From: the human T2T-CHM13v2.0 reference genome, Homo sapiens
Strand: one strand, 5' to 3'
Length of the DNA: 64,000 nt
Assembly: GCF_009914755.1 (NCBI RefSeq)
Contig: NC_060931.1
In this document: positions 1 to 12,543 of the stretch, piece by piece
How the letters are laid out: each line of letters starts with the position of its first letter
Numbering within the stretch: position 1 is the stretch's first letter
Notes under the pieces: generated by a model
Told to the model about the DNA's origin: nothing
Seen by the model: the letters and a program-made list of their open reading frames with translations, nothing else
Databases searched by the model: none
Translations under genes and position numbers: made by a program

Positions 1-213
1 GGTCGTGGGCCCTGGTGAGAGGTGATTAGATCTCCTGCTCTGGCCATGTGAAGTGCCTCACTTCCCATTTGCCATCTGCCATGATTGAAAGCTTCCTGAG
101 GCCTCCCCAGAAGTTGATGCTGCCATGCTTCCTGTACAGCCTGCAGAACTGTGAGCCAATTAAACCTCTTTTCTTTATAAATTACCCAGTCTTGGGTGTT
201 TCTTTATACCAGT
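1..213 (+). mobile_element. MaLR LTR (MSTA/MSTB-like), 3' part
   Basis: Typical MST end: gcttcctgaggcctccccagaag...cctgcagaactgtgagccaattaaacctcttttctttataaattacccagtc. Confidence 0.85.
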
Positions 214-249
214 TTAATACTTATAATTTCTACAATCTTAAATTTTTAA

Positions 250-1195
250 CCTAACAACTTTTAACTATCCTCTACTGTCTTGATGTCTCTCTTACTTCCT
301 TACCCAGCTTAAATTCTAAGGTCAGTCATCATAAACATTTCCTTGCATACATCCTCAGCTTCCTTGCAACATCTCTGACTTTATAAAACTTGTTTGGCCA
401 AGTATATCCAATGTATTAATCCCTTCATTCTTGCAGCTGAGTGTGGCTGGAGAAAAACACACAACCTGTTGATTGGTTTTGCTTTTAATACATGACCAGA
501 AACCTCATATGGGCCCTTTATGCTTCCATACAATTATACTATATGCAATTATAGACATTCTTTTTCTTAACTAGACACTTTTTCCCCTAGCCTCAATCTG
601 AGCTAATTATTTTATATCTTACAGAGAAAATGGAAACAATTAGAAAAGAACTTTTGGATATTTCCATCACGTATCTTCCAACCTCCCAGCATTAGTTTTC
701 ACACCCTCTGCCTTATAAATGTAGCACCAGAGATAAATCATGCATGCTTTTTTTTTTTTTTTCTAAATCCAGTTTCTCCTCTTCTGCACTGGTTCCTCTC
801 CTGGATCGCCTACTTAAGAACATCTTTCCAACAATTCACACCTTGAAATCCCATTTTTGAGTGTTTACTCATTACTAGATCTTTTCCGTTGACATAGACA
901 GTATGCTGCAATTTACCCTCTCCCTACCAAAATCAAAAACAAAAACCAAAAAAGAACAAAAAAGCTCAATTTTTTTTAGATCTTTCATTTACTGTCTCCA
1001 CTTCCTTTTCTCCCATTCTCTTTGAAGTCACCCCCACTAGATTTTACCCTCACCACTCCACTAAAAATGCTTTCCCAAGGTCACCAGTGATGTTCAAACT
1101 GATAAATCCAATGGTTGATCCTAAGATCTCATTTTAATTGACATATCAGAAGCGTTTGACCCTGATGATTAGTTCTTCCTTCTTAATATATATTA
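250..1195 (+). mobile_element. L2 LINE fragment, interrupted downstream by MLT1 and L1
   Basis: L2-like ccctcaccactccactaaaaatgctttcccaaggtcaccagtga...aaatccaatggt...gaagcgtttgac; boundaries approximate. Confidence 0.7.
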
Positions 1196-1198
1196 ATA

Positions 1199-1562
1199 TG
1201 TTATGGACTAAATGTTTGTGTCCTCCCTGAATTCCTATGTTAAATCGCTAACCCCAATGTAATGGTATTTGGAAATGGAGCCTTCGGGAGGTAATTAGTT
1301 ATAGATAATGTCACAAGGATGGGACTCCATGATAGGATTAGTGTCCTTAGAAGAAGGAAGACTACAACTCCTTCTCTCCACCCTGTGAGGACACATCCAG
1401 AAGAAGGTCTTCAGCAAACCAGGATGTGGTACCTCACCTAGAAATAAATCAGTGTGCATCTTAAACTTGGACTCCCCACCCTCCAGAACTGTAAAAAATA
1501 CATGGCTGTTGTTGAAGCCACATAGTCTACAGTATTTTAGTAAAGCGACCTGAGCTAAGATA
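1199..1562 (+). mobile_element. MaLR solo LTR (MLT1A/MLT1B-like)
   Basis: Starts tgttatggactaaatgtttgtgtcc; ends ctccagaactgt...gagctaagata. Confidence 0.85.
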
Positions 1563-1577
1563 ATATATTTCTTTCTT

Positions 1578-3075
1578 TTTTTTCTTTTTTTGAAGTTTTC
1601 ACAGTATTTCTAATGAGGTTCTTTTTTAAATTTTTATTTAGGTTTTGGGATACATGTGCTGAGAGTGCAGGTTTGTTACACAAGTATACACGTGCCACAG
1701 TGATTTGCTGCACCTATCAACCCGTCTTCCAGGTTTTAAGCCCTGCATGCATTAGGTATTTGTCCTAATGCTCTCCCTTCCCTTTCTGCCCACCCCCAGA
1801 CAGGCCACCGTGTGTGATGTTCCCCTCCCTGAGTCCATGTGTTCTCATTGTTCAGTTCCCACATGTAAGTGAGAACATGCAGTGTTTTGTTTTCTGTTCC
1901 TGTGTTAGTTTGCTGAGGATGACGGCTTCCAGCTTCATCCATGTCCCTGCAAGGACACAAATTCATTCTTTTTTATGGCTGCATAGTATTCCATGCTGTA
2001 TATGTGCCACATTTTCTTTATCCAGTCTATCATTGATGGGCATTTGGGTTGGTTCCAAGTCTTTGCTATTGTAAATAGTGCTGCAATAAACATACATGTG
2101 CATGTGTCTTTATAGTAGAATGATTCATAATCCTTTGGGTATATACCCAGTGATGGGATTGCTGGGTCAAATGATATTTCTTGTTCTAGATCCTTGAGGA
2201 ATCACCACACTGTCTTCCACAATGGTTGAACTAATTTACACTCCCACCAACAGTGTAAAAGCGTTCCTATTTCTCCACATCCTCTCTAGCATCTGTTGTT
2301 TCCAGACTTTTTAATGAACACCCTTCTAACTGGTATGAGATGGTATCTCACTATGGTTTTGATTTGCATTTCTCTAATAACCAGTGATGATGAACTTTTT
2401 TTCATATATTTGTCAGCTGCATAAATGTAGCCAAGACAATCCTAAGCTAAAAGAACAAAGCTGGAGGCATCATGCTACCTGACTTCAAACTACGGAAGGC
2501 TACAGTAACCAAAACAGCATGACACTGGTACCAAAACTGATATATAGACCAATGGAACAGAACAGAGGCCACACATCTACAATGATCTGCTCTTCAACAA
2601 ACCTGACAAAAACAAGCAACGGGGAAAGGATTCCCTACTTAATAAATGGTGCTGGAAAAACTGGCTAGCCACATGCAAAAAACTGAAACTTCCTAACACA
2701 TTAAACAAAAATTAACTCAAGATGGGTTAAAGGCTTAAATGTAAAACCTAAAACCATTAAAAACCCTGGAAGAAAACCTAGGCAATACCATTCAGGACAT
2801 ATGCATGGACAAAGACTTCACGACTAAAACACCAAAATCAATTGCGACAAAAGCTAAAATTGACAAATGGGATATAATTAAACTAAAGAGCTTCTGCTCA
2901 GCAAAAGAAACTATCACCAAAGTGAACAGGCAACCTACAGAATGGGAGAAAAGTTTTGCAATCTATCCATTTGTCAAAGGTCTAATATCCAAAATCTCCA
3001 AGGAACTTAAACAAATTTACTAGAAAAAAACAACCCCATCAAAAAGTGGGCAAACGATATGAACAGACACTTCTC
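1578..3075 (-). mobile_element. 5'-truncated L1PA (L1PA7/8-like) with 5' inversion and short 3' extension
   Basis: 3'UTR and ORF2 end on minus (~1622-2428); inverted ORF2 segment on plus (2429-3075; ORF 2805..3023 [20 protein letters not shown]); TSD tctttctt at 1570-1577 and 3076-3083, followed by aa (EN-like site). Confidence 0.92.
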
Positions 3076-3089
3076 TCTTTCTTAATCTA

Positions 3090-4320
3090 CTTTGTTCATG
3101 CCTCAATTTCTTCCCAACCCCTTAATGTCAGACTATCCATATGCTCATTCATTGTTCCTGTGTACTTCTGTATCTGCAGTCACCGTCTTTGTTCACATCA
3201 GATTTCATGGCTTTAAATAGAATCAATGCACCAATTGCTAAATTAACATTTCCAGCTCAGACTTCTCTCCCAAACTACAGATTCATACGTTCAATTGCTT
3301 ATAAACATCTCTACCTGTTATTCTAATAGGGATTTCAAATCAACATTTCCAAAATGAGCTCCTAATCTGCTCACCCTCTCCCTAACCTGCTCCTCCAGAA
3401 ATCTGTCTTACTCCACGTCACTCACATTTCTACCCTTTCGCTTGCTCAAGCCAAAACCATTGCATTCCACTTTGAGTCTTCTATTTCTCTAACAGTCACA
3501 TCCATTCTCTAAGAAATACTGTTTTTATAAAATTTCAAAAATCTGTCCACAATGCAACCACTTCTACCTTCACAGCTTCCACCCTGGTATAAGCCACTAC
3601 CATGTCTATTATGATACACTTATTTGTTTTCCTCACTTCTCTCCTGATTTCTATATTCTGCTTTAACAGAGTGGCCAGAGTGAACCATTTAAAACTTAAA
3701 TATAATCATGTCACTACTCTCCTCAAAACATTCCACTCAGAGTAAAAAACAAAGTCCTCATGGTTGCCCACAGGATAGTATATAATCTGGCCCTCCTGAT
3801 GCTTTCTGACATGTTTTCCTAATCCCTGTCATGCTTTCTTTTCTTGAACAACACCAGCCTCCTTACCGTTTTTAGAGCATGCTAGTTGTGCTCTTGCCCT
3901 AGGGACCTAGACTATTTTTTTCTCTTTCTGTTGTTTTCTTTTCCCAAATATCTGCATAATCAACTCCTTCACCTCCAGCAAGTCTTAGCTAGAAACTCAT
4001 CTGCTCAATGATCTCTATTTTGATTTACAACTTAAATTCAACAGCTCACCCCTGAAAAGTCTATTCTTATTTACTGTCCTTTATTTTTGTTTATCTACAG
4101 AACTTCCAACATCCTAAGATAGTATACAGTTTAGCTATTAAGTATGTTGCACCTTTGTTTTGTATACTAGACTGTAAGCCATATGAGATCTGAGAACTTA
4201 TTTTTTCAATGTATCCTAAGTGCCTAGTGTTGTACTTGGCATAGAGAAGGCCCTCAATAATATTTGCGAATGAAAAAAAAATGAACAAAAAACAAAGGGA
4301 TGAATGAATCATGAATGAAT
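3090..4320 (+). mobile_element. L2a 3' portion including terminal (TGAA)n tail
   Basis: gactgtaagcc...cctagtgttgtacttggcatagagaaggccctcaataatatttgcgaatgaa...gaatgaat. Confidence 0.85.
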
Positions 4321-6589
4321 ACTTATATTCACACAGGACTTCAAAATTTACAATGCTCTCTAACATGTTACTATACTTGACTCTCATCACAGACTTTTGA
4401 TAATGTATAAATAGCTACTCCTACTTTAAAATGAGTCTTCAAGACCTGCTAATCTCTTCTCTCTCCTAGTTAGAAACATGAACATAAGATAAATTAGAAA
4501 TCATAAACTAAGTTTGAGCCTGGTCATTATGCTTCACTGAAAAAAGTGGTATTAAAAAAAAGAGAAATTAGCTATTATCAATTTCTGCTGAAGTAATTTA
4601 ATTGACTCAGGTTTTAAATAAAATCATTGATGAGTTTATTTAGATCACATAAAAACTGACATGAGCAGCAGTAAAATGAAGTAATTTATTCCAGTAAAGT
4701 GAGCGTACGCTTTGCGGGGACAGGTTTCTTACTCAGATAACTTTTTGTAGCACTTCTATTCAATCTGTATCAGTACCATCTCAAATATTCTTATGATGTG
4801 TCTCGCATTAGTACCTTGTAGTACAGCCAGAGTGTTTTAAAAAGCTTGTGGTTTTTATGATATTTAGAATCAAGACCTGCAGTAGAGATGGCATAACTGA
4901 TTAAAAGGCAGTCCCTCACAGCCATTGTTTCCCACATAGAGTTTCACTGTGTGCCTGCACTAAAAGGCAGGCAAAACAAAACAAAACAAAACCCCAAACC
5001 GACCAACCACCCAACCAGCAAACCTGTTAACAGAATTACTCTTTGTTTCATGATGGCTGACTGGTTTTTTCCCTACCTTGCCTTTCACCTGAGCCACTTA
5101 TCTCTGTGGTAGCCATGGTGCCTCCTTGGTAATGTTCTTTTTGTATGATCCAATATGCGTGGCCAGATTTTTTCCATAGTCAGTTTGGATTGCCAGTTAT
5201 CACGGCAATAGAATTTTCCAACAGTCTATGTTGTGTTGTTTTGGCCTAACATGAGCCAGGATACAAGAAGAGCCCATAAAGAAATTGGGGCAATTTACAG
5301 TTTTCAATCAGGTCACTGAACTTGAATCAGATAAAGCTTCTCCTGCTTAAATTTGCTGACATATTCTCCTGTTGAAAATATTAAATTTGCTGACATACTC
5401 TCCCAGTCTTCTGATCTTTAGAAGGAAGCTAGAGATGGTGTTGTCCTCCTCTCCAACTCTTTAGAATTCAAAAGATTTCTTTTCTTTATAACTAAAGATG
5501 GACATGTTTCAACATTGGAGTGTTTACCAGATTTTACATTTGATTCAGGGATAATATCAATTAACCACTTCTCAGGATGTTATGCAAATGCTAGGATTCT
5601 TGTAACTGGATTCAGAAATTCAGCAAGTGTTCCTGAAAATAGTGCCTCCCACAAAGGCTGAAGTCATGGAAGCACTTAAGTTATAAAACTGAACAAGATA
5701 CAGTGGAGCTGCTGCTAACTAGAACATAGTCTAATGGCTGAACATAGAGGGGGGACACAGAAATCAGTCACAAAAGAGAGTTTGGTAAATTTTATAACAA
5801 ATTTATGAAATAATGTGAACATATAAAAAAAGGGAAGGTTAAAACAGTATTTTTGGAATGGGATGCCTTCAGAAAAGAAATGACAGTTGAGCTAGGAACC
5901 ACCTACTGGGAGTATTTTTCATCGCATCCAAAACCAAGATACCTGTATGTGCAAGCTCTTGTCTGTTTTATAACCCATGCAAACAGTATTATGCAGTTTG
6001 TTCACTTTGAGAAGATATTTGATAGCTGCTTCTCCAGTTGAAATGTTGAACATTTAATCAGAAGGCAAGAGTTTGCCCTCAGAGCACAGAGGCTGGAATT
6101 GTGACTTCCTTCTTCCCTCTTCTGTGCCCTACTCACAGAATGACCAGTGAGGTTTGCAGTCTGCAGTTTGTGGCTAGAAGTGCAGTGGAGGTAGGCTTCT
6201 ACTCAGACTACTACCAAGAGCCCCATAGCTTAATGCTAAGATGTGACTGATTTTGATATAAAAATCATAGAGTAATAACTTTTTAAATAACTTCCAACTT
6301 TTTGAAGTATGCCTCTGCCTCATCTACAGAATGCTTTAGCTATTATTACTCTCTTCCTGTGGCAATCCTCTCTATTTTTTTAAACACTCTTGCAATAGTG
6401 TTTATGCTTACCAGGTGTCTTCTGTTTCTCTTCCAGACAATACGTATATATGACCATCAGCTTAGAAAAAAGAGGCCTTAAGTAAACTAGCCAATCGATT
6501 GGTCCTTAAAGAATCAAGAAAGAAGATTCAACAATAGTTACATAAAAAATAGAAGGTGTTCTATCTCAAAAGGAGCAGATCCTAGAACA

Positions 6590-6800
6590 AGCAAAAATTA
6601 AATAGACATGGGTATGAATCCTAGCTCTGTCATCTATATGAGTTTAGACAAATTATTTAGTCTCTGTGAATCTCAATTTTCTTATGTAATAGAGAAATAT
6701 CTCCTACATTTAAAAATCATTGTAAGCGTTAAAGAAAATATCTGTAAGTCACCAAATACAGCACCTGGTACTTAACAGGTACTTAATAGTATATTAATTA
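6590..6800 (+). mobile_element. MIR SINE
   Basis: Core-like gggtatgaatcctagctctgtc...acaaattatttagtctctgtgaatctcaattttctt. Confidence 0.7.
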
Positions 6801-6919
6801 GTAATGAATGCTATTCAAATGCTAGGATTGCTTGTAACTAGCTTCAGGCATTTGGTGAAGTACCACAGTCTACTCCAAAATGAGCTAGGAGCTAGGCACA
6901 CAGAAGCCTCCTTCAGATG

Positions 6920-7130
6920 AGACACACATAGCATAATAGAAACTACACTCAGTTTGAAATGAGAAGACTTGGGTTCTGATTTAGACATTACCACCTACTA
7001 GCTGTATATTTTCATAAAAAATACTTAAACTCTTTAAGTCTGTTTTTTATATAAAGCCAATGCTAACATTATCTTAGTAACATTTTAAATATAAATGAGG
7101 TGTTTGTATAATGGAGCCTACACTGTGAAG
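6920..7130 (+). mobile_element. MIR SINE (degraded)
   Basis: gagaagacttgggttctg...accacctactagctgt...acttaaactct. Confidence 0.55.
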
Positions 7131-7337
7131 TTAAAAAATATGCAAGAAATGTAATCACATCCAAATTTATATGAATCATAGAGCATGATTATTGGCTAAA
7201 AACTATTAAGTTATTGTAGTTGCCCCTTACTGTGCTCTATTACTGCCTGTAATCATGGGAAATAAAGAATGTGTACTCCTGATAGTTACCTATGAAATAA
7301 AGTTCAAGTGATCAAATCCAAAAGTGAAAAATAAACT

Positions 7338-8102
7338 TGCGGACTAAGCTCTGATTTTTTTATAATCTTGCCCCAATTCCTGTCTAAGGGTCTGGGGAGT
7401 CATGCCCTACAAACCATAAATTCTCATCAGAAAGGTTTTATTTAACCGTGGATATTGTGACTTACTTTTCAATCTGACTCTGGCATACCAAGGAAGAAAA
7501 TCAAAATATTTTACCCCAAAGCACGTTTCTCTGACATATCTTGAAATAACCCTGCAAAGCTGTCCCTTGTGGGAAAAATCCACATTCTATAGAGAATCCT
7601 CTTTCCCCTTGTTTTCCTTCCTTCCTTTTCAGATCCAAGGAATAATCAACTAAGAGCCAGGCACCCTTTTAGGTCTGATAAGAAACATTTTACAACCTGC
7701 TGTCTCTGAAGTCTGCTATCTGAGAGCTTCCTCTGCACAACAACACTTGGCCTCCACAATCCTTTATCTTAACCCAAACATTTCCTTTCTATTGATCCCA
7801 GGTCTTCAGATAAACTCAGCTAATTGTCAACCAGAAAATGTGTAAATTTACTTACAGCCTGGAAGCCCCCTCACCAGCTTTGAGTTGTCCCATCTTTCTG
7901 AACCAAACCAATGTATTTCTTAGATGTATTTGATTGATGTCTCATGCCTCCCTAAAATATATTAAACCAAGCCGTACCCTGACCACCTCGGGCACATGTT
8001 CTCAGGACCTCCTGAGGGCTGTGTCACAGGCCATGGTCACTCATATTTGGCTCAGAATTAATCTCTAAAATATTTTACAGAGTTTGACTCTTTTCATCAA
8101 CA
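7338..8102 (+). mobile_element. ERV1 solo LTR, MER4 family
   Basis: ggagtcatgccctacaaaccataaattctcatcag; 3' end ggccatggtcactcatatttggctcagaat...agagtttgactcttttcatcaaca. Confidence 0.85.
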
Positions 8103-9599
8103 AACACATATAAATAAATGATTTTAAGACTCATTGTTGCCAAGGTATTCTTTTTATAATATGGCACCATTGTTGCCTTTTGTGTTGAAATAACAAAAAT
8201 TTTCTCAACCTTAGAACTTAACGAGTAATACGTAAATAAATCTTCAGAAAAAAATTATCTAGTATATGTTGACAGTTCTCCAAGATCTTTTGACATTGAG
8301 AGCAAGCTTATTAAATTCACTCTAATAGAAGATACCAAGGGAAATACGTTCCAAATTAATGACTGTCTCCTTTCAAAGATCAGGTAATAATACTTCACTT
8401 AGCTAGTCTAGATAAAGAAGTCTAAATCATCCCATAACAAAATTCATAGATTAAAATTGAGGGATTACTGTAGAATTATTGCTAAGAATAGCTTTTCTAA
8501 AATTATCTGCAACTGGATTTTATATTTCTATTTAAGCAATATTCTTAAGTCAATATTTTAATGAAATCACATGTTCATTGTTCTATAAAGGCTTTTAAAT
8601 ATTTTATTCTGTGGTTGTAAATTTAACTTCTAATTATTTTTTGAGTTTTGGAAATGTAGTAAAAATAGCTTTTTTTAGAATCCATCTGATTTCATGTTTA
8701 TTTCCCATATCTTCAGGAATTTACGGTGTTTTCTTCACCCCTTTCTCCATTAGTGACATGTTTGTTCCCTCCCTCCTTCAATTCCTGCCATCCATATTCA
8801 TATAATTTCCCTAGTTCTGAGCCATTGCTTGTAGTTTGGATATACAACCACAAGGTTCATATTGAATTTTGTGTTTATTTCCTCCTCTCTGTTTAGAGCA
8901 TCAGTCCTGCCTTTCTTGCCCTGAACCCTGCCAGTGCCACCCAAGTTTGCCTCTTGTTACTAGTGCTTCCTACTCTGGCAGACACCTTCAGAGGAGAAAA
9001 CAGGTGGCACCAATCCAAACGAGTGTGATAATAGACGTGCTTGGTTTCCCAGGTAGACAAAGAAGCAGCAGCTGTGGTTATATCTCCATACAGCTGGAGA
9101 GAAGAAAGAAAGAAAAGGAAGAGATGAATTTAATGAAATTGAACAAACTCTTCAATTTCCCAAAGTCACCAGTACAATAGAAGATATGCTGGGTGAATTA
9201 CTTTTCTAAAACAAATTTTAATTTATTTTTTTATTAGTAGTCACTTATCAGTGCCTATAAAACTGTTGTTTATATGCTTGCTATGGACTTTGTGATAATT
9301 CATTTGAATGCGTAATTTGTCTTAGTTCTTTACATAAAGCTTAGCTCTCTAATTGAAGACAAGATTATTTCTTATTGTTTATAAATAATTTTGGAATCAG
9401 TGATACTCAACTAAAATATATATAAAGTAAAAGTATATAAGTATATATATCTGTATGTGTATGTGCATATGTAGAAAAAAGAAAGTTACCCATTACATCT
9501 AATCTATGCCCCAGAAATAATCATTTGAAACAGTTTAAAATGTACCTTAAAACCAAGTGTAATCTAAAATCTTATGAATATGCTTTAAGAACATTAGCA

Positions 9600-10070
9600 T
9601 GTAGTAGAAATAGACAATCAGCACTTAAATTAGCATGAGGAAAGCCTGTTTATTAAGAGCTTGCTGTAGCTAGGGAGTCAGCCAATGTCACTTTGCTATA
9701 GCTAGGGAGTCAGCCAATGTCGCTCACATTTGGCAGATACTCAAAGGCAGTCAGGGTTGTCAAGAGCTTTATAGTGAAAAAAGGAAAGGCTTCAGGTTTC
9801 TCCTAATTGGAGGCTGTTTGAATGCGGGTGGTGGTGGGCTTACTAGAAGTGGGGCATCCTATGTGATTAGTTGGGAAGCATGTTTGGCTTTCACTGGTTG
9901 ATCCTGAGTTGTGGGCAGGTAAGAGAGGGGGAAAGGACAGGTGAGCTGAAGTCTTGGACCAAGTCAATCATCAAAGTATGATTGCTACATAAGTGTGGTT
10001 TGACTTCTGAAATTAGTTGCTGCAGAAGTTGTTGCTCGGTTTCCAGGGCTGGTTGCTACAGGGTTCTCAG
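9600..10070 (-). mobile_element. ERV1-type LTR (MER31/MER67-like) with internal 32-bp tandem duplication
   Basis: gaaaaaaggaaaggcttcagg...attggaggctg...actagaagtggggcatcctatgtgatt resembles recalled LTR consensus; family uncertain. Confidence 0.6.
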
Positions 10071-11804
10071 TTAACACATAAATCCATTTTATTTCTACCA
10101 TGTAGTTTACCAAATTATTTCAGAGAACATGTATAGGAAATCAGAAATGAATAAAATATAGGAAGATAATTCTATGTGTTTCACATCACATTTAAAGAAT
10201 CTTTTTTGTGTGAAAAATAAGGAAAGGCAACTCATTCTGACCAATTTAGTATTTCCCATTGTTGTGACTTATAATCACAGAAAAATAATCAGTGTTAGAA
10301 AGGTAAAGTCCATATTACTAAAGAGTCACTTAAAAATATATTCTTTAAAGACAACAGCTCTCCTAGGAATACAAACAAAGTATTAGTGGCCCACTACCTG
10401 GGGCCAGGATGAAGTATTTTCCCTTAGGGGTAGAGAATTTCATATCCATCCAATTGCATTATGGGTGGTTTTGCCCCGCTTTGGAAGCATCTGGTGGAGA
10501 CTGCTTCCCAAACAGGATATTGAACAAGAGTTCTGTTCTGGTATGACAATAACCACAGGCAGATCCTGCAAATATTCATTTAGTGATAGGGCCTGCTTAA
10601 CTCAATACAGCCTTGTTGTCACTTGTCAGGTAAATCAAAGGCACATAGTGTGTATTAAATGCCTGATATTATCTAAGTGTATCAGCCATGCTCGAGTAAT
10701 CCCAAGGGTTTAATTTAAAGAGAGAATTAGAAAGCCTGTATTGTATAAGAGTTGGGGGTCTAGGACATATGTTCCAGAAATAGGAAATTGCAAAGTGCTA
10801 CATGCGATTCCTCCCCCTTTGCAATTTTAATATCTTAGTTTATTGGGCATATGAATCAAACTAGAAATATAGTTTTATTTTATTATAGTTAGCATAAAAT
10901 ATATTTAAAATTGCTCTCTGTCCACCCAGCTTTGTTTAGAGTAATGATTTTCAAATTATTATGATAATTATATTTCAGAACTCTTAATATTTATTTTCCT
11001 TTTTTTCTTTCATGTTTCAAAGTGTCATGTCTTTTAATCTCTCACTTACCCCACCTTTTTTTTTCTGACAATAGTCAAATTCTATTTTTATTATTTTTGT
11101 TATTGTTTTGCTTTTTTCTCTCCTAGAACTAAAAATAATTTTCCAGAACAAGACATTTTCTTGAATGTTAATAGCGTATTTTCAACATCTTTCTCCACTC
11201 CTCACTCTCCACTCAGGCCCCCTAAAAATGATAAGCCCTGGAAATTGTTTAAAACATTGTTCTATTACGATATTTCACAAAAAGGTTCTCTAATTGCTAT
11301 AAAATGTGGCAAAGAATACTACAGCACAAGAAGTGGACAAGGAAAGGAACGATTGAAAATAGGGGAACAGATTAGGATATTAATAGTTAAATTATGTTAG
11401 CTATATAATTGTTAGAATTAATACACTTTGCTATTGGTTTTATAGTGAAGAATATTTTGTGTTTGTTAAAATATTGCTTAAAGGAATACAGAAGTGAGAA
11501 AATACAGTGTTGAAATGATGACATCACTTTAATCTCAGTGATATGTCTGGCATTTATGTGTGTGCTATGTATATATACAAAGATATTTATCAGGAGTGAG
11601 TAATACATGAGCAATGCTTTTCATTTTTTTCTTGAGCATTCCATCTGCTCTATTGTTTGAAATAATTAACTTCCTTTAACATAGAACCTTGGCTTATGAA
11701 AAAGAATTTTAAAAGATCAGAATAATTTATTAAGCTTCAAAAACTTTTGAGCTTCTAATTGCCAATAGCTATATCATTCTGTTTCAAATTTTTGCTTGTA
11801 TTTC

Positions 11805-11822
11805 TGTGTGTGTGTGTGTGTG
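11805..11822. repeat. (TG)9 microsatellite
   Basis: Direct reading. Confidence 0.95.
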
Positions 11823-12110
11823 CATGAAACCACTTATGTAAAACAGGAGGCAACTTTGGAAACATATATCAGAAGGAGGCGTTCTTTTCATAGCCTCATA
11901 GGAGTCTCGGTTTAAACAATGATTTCATCAACATACAGAATCTTGTTGATCTGTAGAACAGTTTTCATCATTGACGAATAAAGCAGTATTTTAGGAAGGG
12001 CATAAAGTTGCTGAATTATTTGCAAAGTGGAGTTAGAGCTCCATAACTTAAAATATAACAGGATGTAATGCTAGTCATCCCTTGGACTCCAGAACTGGTT
12101 TAAATTATAT

Positions 12111-12233
12111 TAACTCCTGGGCAGCACAGCTCCAACTTACAAACCTCAGTGCTTTTTCTCCCTCTCCTTATCTCCATTCCAATAAGGCATAAACAAATGA
12201 GTTGACTCTTGTTAGTGACAGGGAAATAATGGC
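12111..12233 (+). repeat. 123-bp direct repeat, copy 1
   Basis: Identical base-for-base to 13220-13342. Confidence 0.97.
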
Positions 12234-12506
12234 GTGGACACCCCAAAGATAAGTTGAAATCATTTCTGCCTAGACTATGGCACAAGTTGTGGATGAAGAT
12301 TACATAAATTGTTTGACTACTTAGCAGAATTTGTTTTTATCCTGCATTTTTCAGTGTTCCACAAATAGTACATGATATATTCAAAACAGGGCAGTTGGAG
12401 GCTAGTTCATTAAAGGGGCAATTTATAAATGTAGGGATAAGATGTAGAGAAAGACCTAGTAACAGAAAAGCTGTTATCACACTTAGGCTTAAAAAGCCAA
12501 AGAAAT

Positions 12507-12508
<2 letters not shown>

Positions 12509-12538
<30 letters not shown>
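12509..12538. repeat. (AC)15 microsatellite
   Basis: Direct reading. Confidence 0.97.

Positions 12539-12543
<5 letters not shown>

Noticed and set aside
5347-5403. Repeat-spacer-repeat as a CRISPR
   Set aside because: Only two copies, an 11-bp spacer, and primate DNA.
8869-9180. Plus-strand 103-aa ORF
   Set aside because: Non-ATG start; the K/E-rich end is just the purine tract complementary to a minus-strand pyrimidine tract.
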